DNA of 62,981 nucleotides, counting the filler, from Lenisia limosa (lineage: Eukaryota > Protista > Breviatea), in the NCBI GenBank assembly GCA_001655205.1. It is 8 parts of 8 records of this genome, joined end to end, with 100 filler letters (N's around TTAATTAATTAA, not from the genome) between each part and the next. Parts side by side here need not be neighbours in the genome. Positions count along the whole stretch, not along the records: positions 6,318 to 19,230 come from LPNZ01009430.1; positions 19,331 to 41,709 come from LPNZ01009111.1; 6 more parts are not named here. One strand, written 5' to 3'. The position numbers and the translations under genes were made by a program. The notes below the pieces were generated by a model, which worked only from the letters and a program-made list of their open reading frames with translations, ran no database searches and had not been told where the DNA came from. How positions within the stretch are numbered: the stretch's first letter is position 1; each line of letters opens with the position of its first letter. Shown piece by piece: positions 9,401 through 21,545 of this stretch.

Positions 9401-12400
9401 TATTTTCCTTTGCTTACGATTCCAGACGGATTGTGTCGCACAACTTGGTTATCTAGCTGGGGGCCAGAAATGCCCGAAAGGTCATTTCAGATTTAATACC
9501 TTCACCTGTTTACCTGTTTTTAGTGAGTGCGGCGACAAATACTTTTATCACTATCATTACCATGAGTCACCATAACGCTTTGTTTCCATTATTTCCTAAT
9601 TTTCCTCTGGGAGTTTTCAACAAAACCTTTTATTTGGAAATGAATATTTGTTCATCTGTTCTTTAGTCAACTGAATAATATGCATGGTGTAATAGACAAC
9701 CAATTCACCTCGTAGATGACGAAGTGAGTGATGGGCTCCAACGACAGAACTGTGGAGCGAACGCAGACTCATTTGGCAAAAAAGTGAGGTCCAGAGAGAG
9801 TTTAACCAGTTTTTGTTCTGTATACTGGAAGGTGCATACCTTTATGTACCTGGTGTTCTTGTTTAATAAAGGTGGACATATTCGTTTTTCACAAAGTCAA
9901 ATATATGATGTTATTTAAAACGTCATATGTTCTGAGCCCCCCACTTCTGTGCCTTGTTTCATGGTATTCCGTGTGGTGTATTAAGTAACATTGTTTTTTA
10001 CCGCTTTCAGGCCACATTAGATGACTGTGTCTGCAAAAGCAAGTATTACAAAGAGATCCCAGGCGGGGACTGCATCTACGTCCAGGGTCGGGGGTTTAAC
10101 TTCTATCAGGGTTTGGGAGGAGAAGGGTGTTTCTCTGTAATGGTGGCGTTTTCTACATATGCACATATAATTATATATATATAGTATATATAAGATGAAT
10201 ATGGTCTATTCTTGGTTCGGATTGGGGATTTACAGTATGTACGCATGTGACTGGGAAGGGATATTCAGTAAAAAACACCCTTATCATTACTTACAGTTAA
10301 CAGGAAGATTACCGAAAGCGTCCAGCGGGTATTTCGAATGTCCCACAGGCAGTGTCATTGACCCTTTTGATGACACTTGTAACGTCAAATCAGCGTGAGT
10401 TATAACATACATATAAATCAATGTACTTTTAGCAGATGTCTGATATCATATAAGGTGGGGTTGAATTTATAGATGTACATGAACTTTAGAATCTCACAAC
10501 TCAAACATATTAAAATTATACTATCATAGTATCTCTTATATGCGTGATGGTGTGGATGGCTTTGGCCAGATTCAACCTTCTTTTTTTATTTTTCATTGAT
10601 ATATGTACATATTACATACTCAAACATTCAGCCAGCCGAGTTGAATCTGGGTCTATTGGTTTCATAATTTTTCTAATTTACTTCTACCTCCCATTGACAT
10701 TCTTCACGCTCCAGTTCCGAGTGTACGGTCAATTGCGAGGTATTCAACCCTCATATCAACTCCTGTGTTAACGTCACAAGCTGCATCAGTAGTGTTGATG
10801 GGTCAGGATGGTATTAAATAATCATTATTCTGCTTATTGTAACAAATAGTATAAGTATATATATATACTCTATATTATTATGTATACTGGAGAGGCACGC
10901 AGAAAGCTGTGTGCGCAGTGTTGTAAGGGAAATGATTTGGTGAATTAATATTATACTATAATTCAATATCTCTTATAAGCGGCTTTGGCCAGTTACAACC
11001 TTGGGATTTTTATTTCTAATTGCTATATGATATATTTATATACCTACTTATTGAGTTCTATGTCAACCTAAACAAAGTAATGTAACACAGAATGGAGAGG
11101 TTATTATTGTCTCTCTTACTTACCTCTACTAGGTCTTATAGCTCAGTCATTTGTGAAGCTCCGTTGGTGTTCAACTTTGATTCGTTCCAATGCGAGGATT
11201 TATGCGGACCAGGTAGGGGTATGAGTAACTGCCTTGGCGCACAAAACACTTATTCTCTCAATTTATCTTCTTACAATATCAACTATTTTCGAACTGGCAG
11301 AAAGCACTATTCATATACCAATGATTGTTATATTCTACTCCCCCACCTTTTCAAGGATTTTCCCCCCGATTATTGTGCAATTTGTCCTCTATTTTAAGGG
11401 CACTTCCTTCAATAATATTAGTCTATCTATAACCAGTCCAAAGCCAGTCAGAACCCGACCGTAACATACCATCATCTCCCTTAACGCCTCATCCAAACAG
11501 GACTCATTTCTGGCAATACCACGCAAAACTGTGAGCTCTGCACCACCCAATATCGAGATGGTGCTGAGTGTTCTTCATGTCCACATGGCAAATTCTGTGT
11601 TGATGGTACCGCTTACGACCTTCCAGACCGTGCTTACTCACTCGAGGTAAGCTACAGGATGAAGCTGCATGGACAAAATACAAACAGAGACTAATTGGCT
11701 TAATATTTTTCTCAATATTCGTTTTTTTTTTTTGCACTTATCATGCAATTGTTTATATCATATATGATCCTAGCATGTCAGTCATTACCATGCAAATCGC
11801 CACATTGTTCTGCTAATCACACACAGGGCATGACGTACTATAACACCTATTTCTACAATACCACACCGGTTGTGCACGGTTATCCCCATATCACTTGTCC
11901 TGGGGGAGCGATTCCCACGTCCGAGGCCATGCCTTTCTCTTGCAAAGTCGGAGGGATGGGGAAATGAGTTATACACAAGGGTTCTCTACAGAGTATGAGT
12001 CAAAAGGGTTCTAGAGAAGTTGAGAAAAAAGGCCGATTGAATACCTTTGTTGATATTTTGTCGAATTAGTCGGGTTTTTGGGTCAGCANNNNNNNNNNNN
12101 NNNNNNNNNNNNNNNNNNNNNNNNNNNNNNNNNNNNNNNNNNNNNNNNNNNNNNNNNNNNNNNNNNNNNNNNNNNNNNNNNNNNNNNNNNNNNNNNNNNN
12201 NNNNNNNNNNTGTCCAGCAGAAACGATTGGAAATGGCACGCATTGCAATGGCTTAGAGGGCTCCAATCAGATAACCAGAGCGCTGAGCCTCTATGGACTA
12301 GGTAATGCAAGGAAAACTCTAGACGGATATCATTATATGCGTATACTAATATACATGTACATATCGATATGTAAATATATATTATGCATTATATAATAGA

Positions 12401-13800
12401 GCTTTGCTTTCGGTTCCAAAAAAGACTGAATCCTTGATAAATCCTTGATAAATATCGTTTTTTTTGGATCCGAAAGTAAAGCTCTAATATATAACTATAA
12501 CAACGGGATGATATATGGGGATGATCAAGGGGTGATACCAGGTGAAGATCTAAAAGTTTGGAGCTTGCGTCTCGGAGTTGTAGAGATGGAGGGAGTATGG
12601 ACTACTGAGCCATAGGGGTGAGGGATATGACACTACTTTTGGATTGTACAAGTCTGTCAAACTACAACTTGAAAGCAAGTTGCCCCCCCCCCCCCNNNNN
12701 NNNNNNNNNNNNNNNNNNNNNNNNNNNNNNNNNNNNNNNNNNNNNNNNNNNNNNNNNNNNNNNNNNNNNNNNNNNNNNNNNNNNNNNNNNNNNNNNNATC
12801 ACTCTCTGTTAACCACGTTAGTTATCTATTAATCTTTGTAGAGTGTGACCCATCATGTGCCACATGCGTTGACTTTCCACATATGTGCACGTCATGCACC
12901 AACTCCAGTGATATCCTTATTGACAATGTTTGTGTGGATCAATTACCCAAATCTTATTATCTGATTAAATCAAGTCATTGGCCAATCAGAAGTCGATCAT
13001 ATCAACAATTAATTACCATTTTTAACACATTCCTAAATATTATTATGACAGACATTTACGTAAGTGTAACTTTTATGGAGAGCATTTGGGAAAAATGTGA
13101 ACAAGTTGGGCAACAACCGTGTGTTTACAGTTTAGAAATGTTATCCCGGCCCGGAATGTCCACTAGGATCGTNNNNNNNNNNNNNNNNNNNNNNNNNNNN
13201 NNNNNNNNNNNNNNNNNNNNNNNNNNNNNNNNNNNNNNNNNNNNNNNNNNNNNAAATGTATATTTTGTGGAGGACACACATCTACATAATTTGTGGATGG
13301 GTTGTATGAGGATGTAAGTGATGTAAGTTATGGGAGTATTTTGATATTAATACGGGGTAGACATTCATATTGCTTGAGTTTTATGAATTTGATATATGCA
13401 CCACTCATTCCTTAGAATGCGGGTACAAGTGCCTTGAGTGTGATGATTTAGGCGGCTGCAGCTTATGTGAAGCGGTATGGGGGGAGGGGTGTGAGGCTTA
13501 TTTTGATAGTTTGCCAGTACTCTTGTTTTTGTGTTTCCAATATGGCGAGAAAAACTCTCTGTCTTTTCTCACCCTGGATTCCGTTGTGATCACGCTTCCA
13601 TACTGTCCAATAAAAATGGTATTTATCCAAGGTTTATCGCTAGCTACACTGGAAGGAATCGGCATTTCTACGCGCTGTTGCTCCTCTATTTATTCACACC
13701 TCAGGGCCATGTCATTGATGAGGACTCCGGATGTGAAGAGTCATGTAATTACTACAACTACCCAGAGTACCCTAGACGCCACAAACAACTTCACTGTTCT
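6417..13800 (+). CDS. Large cysteine-rich extracellular protein with ephrin-receptor-like (GCC2/GCC3) and furin-like repeats; many exons, 5' end missing
   Basis: Exons translate to DDCVCIAGYEKKEGTCSQCLVGTFKTNPSDSACTMCPTGTT, ECLLCPLGQYSVNGTTCQDCPLGNYC, DDCVCKSKYY, ECSSCPHGKFC, ECDPSCATCVDFPHMCTSC and ECGYKCLECDDLGGCSLCE; GT-AG boundaries are consistent. Confidence 0.7.
8482..8622. repeat. 34-bp intronic minisatellite, ~4 copies
   Basis: Unit GGGGCTGTACTCCGGTCTTGGACCTCAGGATATT is repeated head to tail with few substitutions. Confidence 0.9.
10516..10605 (+). repeat. ~160-bp intronic repeat, 3' half (copy 3)
   Basis: TTATACTATCATAGTATCTCTTATATGCGTGATGGTGTGGATGGCTTTGGCCAGATTCAACC. Confidence 0.75.
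10882..11035 (+). repeat. ~160-bp intronic repeat (copy 4)
   Basis: GTATACTGGAGAGGCACGCAGAAAGCTGTGTGC...GGTGAATTAATATTATACTATAATTCAATATCTCTT...GGCTTTGGCCAGTTACAACC. Confidence 0.85.
12397..12486. mobile_element. TA-flanked MITE, variant of the TAGGGCTTCAC family
   Basis: TAGAGCTTTGCTTTCGGTTCCAAAAAA...TTTTTTGGATCCGAAAGTAAAGCTCTA inverted ends. Confidence 0.8.
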
Positions 13801-13925
13801 CGTATGTTGGAAGAGATGAATGTCTTGTGGTGATTATGCTCCTTTTCCATTTTTAAAAATAGCCTTAAACAAGTAAACCAGAGCTTTTTGAAACATATTC
13901 ACCATTTTCCTCCTTCACCCGTTAG

Positions 13926-16900
13926 CAAATGTGGCGGATTTGGGGCAGAAGGTCTTCAGCAACTCTCTCCTCATAGCGGGTCAATCTGTTGATCTTGAAA
14001 TATCGGGTATGTGCCGTGAATTCTTGTCATTCACAGCTGATCCGATTCAATTGTTTTTTTGTTTTTTTTTATTGCAGTTCGTTGGTTCTTCGTTTGTACT
14101 TACTCATTCATTGAAATTATATCAGTCTTACCCCCCCTCCCCTCCCTCTCTAGGTATGAGATTCGAGGAACCGATGGGTGAATACGCGCCTTATTGCGGC
14201 CTATATTACAATGAAGAACTCATACATCTCTCGAAATGCCACACTGTGACCGATATCGACGGAACCCATAACAAGTGCTTGTTTGTTGGGCGTTTGTCTT
14301 CTTTTCGACGATAAGTTATAAATTATTGAAAAGCTAGAAAGTAAAAATTTTTGTAGAGCTGAAAGTAGAACTGGTCTTGATAAACAAACCACTTAATGAA
14401 AAGTATCGTAGAATATAACCGTACATTCCTGCATTTTTACTAAAATATTTTGCTATCCATCCCTTCTGACAACATCAGGACTTCAGTGAAGCTGCCATCA
14501 GGGAGGTTAACCATTGGCTACTGTGGGTATTTGATTGAAATCTCGGCTTAATTCTACCTCTATTATTTCTACGTACTTTTAGTGGTCATTTCCCTTAGTA
14601 CTTCTGATTTCAACACTTATTTGATTTATACTGTGTTTTTCCCAGGTAATCTCTTAAGAAATTTTTAGAAAACATTTTATCGGATTGTTGAGTATTTACC
14701 AAAACCGTATCGATGTATCCCCAGTGACAGTTATAGATGCTGTGGTGTGTACCAATTATCTGACTGCTGAGACTGCTGAGTTGTCCTTCAAGAGTAATAA
14801 CCTGGCCGTAAGAGGGGGGTATGACTTTCATTTTCAGGGGGGAAATGTGTGAGGTTCGGCCAAGCATTTCTCTCTCTCGTCACTTTTCTTTTTATTTCAT
14901 TATTATAATTTGGAGTTGCTATTTTTACTGATTTCCTCAACAGGCATACCCTGATGAGTTCAATATTTTGCCCCAAACCGCTTCGGCTGGTGAAATCCTA
15001 GTAAAGTTCATTGAAACCGACAACCACGGTGCATTGCACTACCTTAGTAATACTAACCTGAGGTGAGATAACGTCAGCTTGTCGTACCATTTGGTGGAAG
15101 TATGTTTTGTACTTTGTGTAAAGGGATATTGATTGTAGAATTAGCAAGAATTTATTGTTTAGTCAATATTAATTGATCTAATATCTCTTATCCCTACATC
15201 GTATATGGGGTTTTGGTGGCTAATAATTCACCTGAATCTTCAGATATAACCTTATTATATTTATAATCTCTCCCTACTAATCACGAAAACATTAAATACA
15301 AGAGGAATAACTATACACTTTGTCACTTCTTGGTACACTATCTCCATCTCAGCAAATAATACAATTATGAAGCTTGACCCACAGTATTGACCTCCTAGGT
15401 ACCGATTTGGCAACATGACTACATTCGTTGACCTTCCCTCCACAATGTTTGTTTCTGACAAGGAACGCTACCTCCACGCTGACAGTCCCCTGAGCTTGCC
15501 GAGTGGCTTTAATAAGGTCCAATTCCAAGTCCAATATCCGTGAGGGGGGGGGGGGGNNNNNNNNNNNNNNNNNNNNNNNNNNNNNNNNNNNNNNNNNNNN
15601 NNNNNNNNNNNNNNNNNNNNNNNNNNNNNNNNNNNNNNNNNNNNNNNNNNNNNNNNNNNNNNNNNNNNTATTTTGGGCTTTTTTTGTTTCATAAATTTTC
15701 AAATTATACCCCCCACCCTCACCCCACTTATATCTAGGGATTCCCTACGGTCCCAAAATAAGACTGCATTTCTCAATAAGTTCTCAATAAATATCGATAT
15801 TTGCCCGGTCTTATTCAGGCCGCAGAGAAGACCTACTTATCTCCACGCTTATGTCCACTTAGGGGCTCGGAGTTCTTCCCGACCGTCAGTGAAATCCAGG
15901 AGGCAGTAGCAGTCACCAGCGCTACCCTGGTTAACGTAAGGGGGGAGATTGGAAGTAATTTGCACTGGGTGGAAACTGGCATTCCTTTAGTATCATGAAC
16001 CTCTCGCACCCTCTTCAATATAATCATCACCCTTCCTTGAAATCCTTTCTTCCCACTATAATCACTAAATTGAAGTGGTGGGACTCTTCAAAGGCTGGCT
16101 CAGGCTTGTTTTTGTTTTTGTGTCATCTGGCTTTTGTCTCTTTTTAGCGTTGGTTGTTTGTATTTTTTGTTTTATGTTTGTTTGGAGTTTCAGATGATTC
16201 GGTNNNNNNNNNNNNNNNNNNNNNNNNNNNNNNNNNNNNNNNNNNNNNNNNNNNNNNNNNNNNNNNNNNNNNNNNNNNNNNNNNNNNNNNNNNNNNNNNN
16301 NNNNNNNNNNNNNNNNNNNNNNNNNNNNNNNNNNNNNNNNNNNACCATTTCAGTGGCACTACCAAGTGGTGAACACATCAATAACAGCCGTGGTAAGAGG
16401 GACGTGTGAGAGGTTACACTATTACTAATGTGTACGAAACCAAAGCAAGCACAAACATAATCTCTTATTGCATTTTTTGGAGTTTACCCCCCCCCCTGAC
16501 ACTTGCCCAGAATTGGGTGGGATTGCTTTGGTAAACGGGGCACCAGCACAGATTTCAAAGATAAAAACACATTTCAGACAAGTAATAAAACATAAACAAA
16601 TCAAATAATGAAAACAATACAGGCAACGGAACTGGGAAATAAATAAAAATTGGTGTTTTCAGATAAGAAGCAGTCAGGAAGGACAAAAACGTATCAACTG
16701 GCCCCCTTATCCAATATGTTTATGTTGAATTCTGTTTTGAACGAAATAATGACTTCTCTTTAAAAATGGTGCTTGTTCCCATGAAAACTTGCGGATATTT
16801 TTACCTCTTGAAATATATTATTTTTATTCGCGTTCCACCTAATTTCTTTGCTTTGTTCCTTCACTCCCTCAGATTCAGACATTGCCACCATTATTTGAGT

Positions 16901-17700
16901 TTTCCTCAACGTCCTGCATGTCCTGTGTTAAAGGTGGGTAGTGACAGCCCCATATCTTAACACTCGTGATTTCTTAAAGTAGAAATGTGAGAAAATATTA
17001 AGTGTTCTGACCTAAGCCGCTAGCGCTTTTGAGAGATATTGGATTAGAGAGATGATTAGACAAAGATATGATATAAATCCTCTGATTAAAAGAAGCATAG
17101 TGTGAAATCACCTTACCGTTTTAGTCGTGTATTGGGTGTATCTGTACAATTGATTTTCAATTCAACAATCCACCTGACCATCCTAGACGATTATGCCTCA
17201 GCCGCAAGACAGCAAGGGGTTCAACTATGCACAACAGTCTCGAACCTTTCTTTTGATAATTTCGGTTTGAGGGTATATCAGTCTGTTGCCCAAGATGTCT
17301 CTCATCGCTATGTCGTTATTTTCAAAGTGACGTCTATCTCACTTCTCAGGACGCATGATGTGCCCCATTTGGAATACGCCTCTTGAGGGGGCACTGGAGT
17401 ATGATGTATGTTGGGCTATTGTCTTTGACTCGAATTGTAGGATTTTCAAACACTTCTGTCTTCTTTGGCTATCTGTCTTTCTCGTATTAACTATCTTTTA
17501 TTATATTTTCTTTTTGTTAGGTTTGTAATGGGCGATGCTTTATGTGAAGTATTGTTTCAGTTTTACTCCCACTGACCTCTCCCTCCCCCAGTTATTTGTC
17601 CGTACTGATGATGAGTCGGAGTGGATCACTGTTGACTCAGAATCAGGGTTCGCGCTGTCCTATGATCAATTTGTGGGAGGGGATGTGAACATTTTCCAAA
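13926..17700 (+). CDS. Non-Cys-rich extracellular exons, possibly REJ-like; probably the continuation of the Cys-rich gene and may extend to ~19000
   Basis: Exons include ANVADLGQKVFSNSLLIAGQSVDLEISG, AYPDEFNILPQTASAGEILVKF and LRYRFGNMTTFVDLPST..SPLSLPSGFNKVQFQVQYP. The Y.F and LP.G pattern recalls REJ modules (inference only). Confidence 0.4.
15669..15725 (+). repeat. A-unit repeat with C-tract
   Basis: TATTTTGGGCTTTTTTTGTTTCATAAATTTTCAAATTATACCCCCCACCCTCACCCC; the host intron begins GTGAGGGGGGGGG at 15540. Confidence 0.75.
15735..15835. mobile_element. Degenerate TAGGGCTTCAC-family MITE
   Basis: TAGGGATTCCCTACGGTCCCAAAATAAGACTG...AAATATCGATATTTG..GGTCTT...GAAGACCTA. Confidence 0.6.
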
Positions 17701-18037
17701 AATAAAAAGGTGTATTTTTCCCCAGTTTAACAATTTTTCTGAGCTACTTTTTCGAATGGGCGATTTATTATTATGTCTTTTAAAAGACAAGGAAGCAGTG
17801 TCCTGACAACCACAGGCGATTAAGTCATTTACCCCGTCATCTTGTCGTGCAACAGGCTGCAATATGGCTATACAATTGACAGGAAATATTAAATCGTAGG
17901 AGGGGAGGAAGGGTATTAGAACTCTGTTAAAAATCCGTTGATTTAGTATCGTTTCCACACCTCTTATTGTTCATACATCATGGTTTTCTCAAATATTTTT
18001 CAATATATATGTTCCATTTCAACTCCCCTCTCCTTGA

Positions 18038-18071
18038 TTAACCAACAGAGTTGATTTGGGCTTTTTTTTTT
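18038..18071 (+). repeat. A-unit repeat start, running into an N gap
   Basis: TTAACCAACAGAGTTGATTTGGGCTTTTTTTTT. Confidence 0.65.
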
Positions 18072-18234
18072 NNNNNNNNNNNNNNNNNNNNNNNNNNNNN
18101 NNNNNNNNNNNNNNNNNNNNNNNNNNNNNNNNNNNNNNNNNNNNNNNNNNNNNNNNNNNNNNNNNNNNNNNNNNNNNNNNNNNNNNNNNNNNNNTCACCC
18201 CGAAGTACTTAATGCGAGATGTGGGCGGCGGCAA

Positions 18235-18350
18235 TCCTATCACTCCTATCACTCCTATCAATCCTATATCCACAATCACTGTCACTCCTATCACTCATAT
18301 CAATCACTACTATCTCTCCTATCAATCCTATATCCACAATCATCACATAT
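18235..18350. repeat. Degenerate 9-bp (TCCTATCAC) tandem repeat
   Basis: TCCTATCACTCCTATCACTCCTATCAATCCTATATCCACAATCAC... Confidence 0.75.
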
Positions 18351-19230
18351 TAATGGTTTATTTTTACGTTTTGTAAATATTTGGTTGTTGTTTCTAATAC
18401 TGTGTCAATCAACAAACTTAAATGTAATCAATACCCCTGATTCTAAGATATCATATTACCCCCCCCCCCCCCCNNNNNNNNNNNNNNNNNNNNNNNNNNN
18501 NNNNNNNNNNNNNNNNNNNNNNNNNNNNNNNNNNNNNNNNNNNNNNNNNNNNNNNNNNNNNNNNNNNNNNNNNNNNNNNNNNNNNNNNNNNNNNNNTTTC
18601 CTTACGGTAGCCTATCTGGTTACACCAATATCAATAGCAGAGAATACCTCCCATGTAAATTTGCTCCAATCTACCCTGAATTCTTTGCACCTCACTTACT
18701 AAATAAGGCAAGCTGGTCAAAGCAGGTAAGAATCATTACTCACCATCCAGATCCATGTGAGACTTGACATTAACTCTTATCTCTTCTCTACTCTCCTTAC
18801 CTTCTATCTCAGTGCGGGATATAAAACCCATTTAAGACCCATACGGTTTATCACCCTTTTAACCCCCCCCCCACCAGTTTGTTGTTTTGGACCTTGCCAA
18901 AAGAGACCCCGTGATCTCCAAAATCTGTCTCAGACTCCTGGTACCTGTGCCAATGGAGGACTGCATGTGGGGGGTTATGGATGGGTAGTCCCACTCTGAA
19001 CAGTGTCATTGGTCAGTCAGAACAGTATTTGAGGAGTTGGGTACCCTCCCCCCGGCTGTGCATATGATCATATCATTAGTGGATATTGGATAGCATGTAA
19101 TACATACGTATGTATTTTGGAAAATATATTTGTATTAAGTTGCATTTACCATCATCTTGTTTACTACACACTTTATTACTCCCTCCCTTTCCCTATATCG
19201 CTCTCTGTCTCTCAGTTTACCCCCCCCCCC

Positions 19231-19330
19231 NNNNNNNNNNNNNNNNNNNNNNNNNNNNNNNNNNNNNNNNNNNNTTAATTAATTAANNNNNNNNNNNNNN
19301 NNNNNNNNNNNNNNNNNNNNNNNNNNNNNN
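19231..19330. other. Artificial scaffold linker
   Basis: N44-TTAATTAATTAA-N44. Confidence 0.97.
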
Positions 19331-21215
19331 CCTCCATGGCCTCGAGCTTCTCCTTCTTCTCAGTTGCCACCTCCTCGTCGGTCTTGAGCCTCGTAGTAGC
19401 CAGCGCCTTGATGTCGTTCTGCATCGAACGCATGAGGGTCCTGGGAGGGGTGAAAAATTTGTTATAAAAATGAAGACAATTAACTTATTAGTTTAGCTTT
19501 GTAACACACGGGCATAGAGACTATGTTTAAGAAAGGAATGTGAAGTCGGTATAACACTATTTCATCTACACAGGCACCACCACCACGCACATATAGTCGT
19601 CCTCCTTGTTGGCCTTGTACTGAAGGTCTTTCCTCTCATCGGCATCGGCTTTGTATGTCTTGAACATGTCGCCCACCATACCCTGAATAGTCAAATGCAA
19701 GGGTTCATTATTCGAAGGGACTTTGCCCGTTGCCAGAGTAGGGGGGGTAAAAGACAAGGAAAACAAAAAAAACAATCTCTGCTTAGCATTAATAGAATTT
19801 CATCTCCCCATATTGTTTTGACCGAAAATAGACGGCGGCCTTTCATGGCTGGTGCTATACCTGGAAATCTTCGTCAAGCTGGTCAACTTCATCCTCAACA
19901 TCTGCCTTGATCTTCTGGTTTGTAGCCTGAAAGCCGGTGAAAGGTCTCCATTATTTGGTTGCATTGTATTGGATGCGCAGAAATGACACCTTTATGCAGG
20001 TTGTAAGATATTGAGGGCATTGAAATTATAGTATTTAGATTCGAGTCCAACAATACTATATGAATATTATCTGTAGCTTACCTTGAACGTCTTGCTTTTC
20101 TTAATAATTTCTTCGTAAATTTCCTTGGACGTTCTTTTCACTTCGCCGTCTTCACCAACCTGTTAGGCCATTAGCAAACAAATGTTGAGAAGAGGATATT
20201 CGATATGTCTCAATGGGGAGAATAAGCAAATTATATTTCATAAAAGTCTTCTTAGAATGAAGGGGGTGGGACCAATTTCAGCCAATCATTTGCCTTTCAA
20301 CTCTTCTTGAGGAACCCAATCAAACGATAGTTTTCTTTGTCAAAAAACCGCCGAAGTTGTCGTCTGTGTCAGCTGTCTCTTCTTCTGGAAATATAACTCC
20401 TACCAAGAGGAAGAAAAAAAACTGGTTCACCTGATTGAGGACAAGCCCTGTCAGTTCCCATCCCGAATACCGTCTCCTACACCAAGCATTTCGCGTCTCT
20501 TAGTTGACGACATCTTGCCCAATGCGCCGAAGGTCTCGAGAAGGTCCATATCCGGCTCCTCTCCCGCATCAACCGCCTGCCGACGCTTCTGGGGGAGGGG
20601 GTGAACCGAAGGAAATTTAGATGAATAATATGGGCGTAAGGGTACTACAAATAATCTCAAATATAAATACTGATACTGCGAATACAATATGTATCCCAAA
20701 AAAACTAGATTTGCGAGGGAGTGAAATCATTTTTTTTTTGAGAAAAAAAGTGTGGATTGGTGGTAGTGGTCAGGTGGGAGGTACAGCACTCAAATCTCAA
20801 AAGAAAGAAATCTTAATACAAGAGTCCCTCCATAAAAAGCCGGACAAACACGACTGTCCATCTTTTCAATACCACACCAACGTGTTCAAGCTTCTGCCAC
20901 TTGATAATTCTCTTCTCCTCTTCGGAAAGTCCATCATCCTGCTCGCCAAAACGTCTATCCTTCACGACATTCTTCTTGTCCCTGTTGCGGTACTCAAGAG
21001 CAAGGGTATGAGTGCGCTGCAGAGATCAGTTGAGAACTCATAAAACAGCAAAGGCTCAAAAAAATTTGTGCGTAGAGTGATAAACAGTGTTAAAAAGACA
21101 GTAGGCAGGATAAGAGAAGGCCAGAATAAATCACCAAGCACACAGTATCATCACCCTCCTGCTTCGGAGCCATAAATGGCCTTCTAGTAGCCTTTTTACG
21201 ATCTTCCTTTGCCAT
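19331..21215 (-). CDS. NOP14: Nucleolar protein 14 (SSU processome), 5' part; 3' end truncated by scaffold end
   Basis: Spliced translation: MAKEDRKK..RTHTLALEYRNRDKKNVVKDRRFGEQDDGLSEEEKRI..KRTSKEIYEEIIKKSKTFK..EDEVDQLDEDF..EDDYMTLMRSMQNDIKALATTRLKTDEEVATEKKEKLE. This matches the Nop14 motifs D.RFGE, K.SK.E...EII.KSK and YD..V.EL...R.KT.EE. Confidence 0.85.
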
Positions 21216-21394
21216 TTTCTGAGTCAAAAAAGGACCAAGAAGGCTATAATGCCAATCAAGTTCAAATAGGAAAAAGCTAACAAGAAACCTTCTCTCTTCC
21301 CAACAATAGAATACTTAGATAACACTGAATAAACAACAAAAAAAAGAACGTATAAAAAAAAACAAAAGATAAAATGGCTGAATCAAAAAAAATT

Positions 21395-21467
21395 TGGAGA
21401 AGCTGGGCATCGATCCCAGTGCCTCTCGCATGCTAAGCGAGCGCTCTACCACTTGAGCTACATCCCC
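21395..21467 (-). tRNA. tRNA-Ala(AGC): tRNA-Ala (anticodon AGC)
   Basis: GGGGATGTAGCTCAAGTGGTAGAGCGCTCGCTTAGCATGCGAGAGGCACTGGGATCGATGCCCAGCTTCTCCA: 73-nt cloverleaf with the G3:U70 Ala identity pair, followed by an oligo-T Pol III terminator. Confidence 0.97.
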
Positions 21468-21545
21468 GACAAGAATTAATAAATGCCTTTCACTGCCGAT
21501 CATGAACACAGATTCGAATTTTTAGTTAATTTTTAGTGAAATTAA

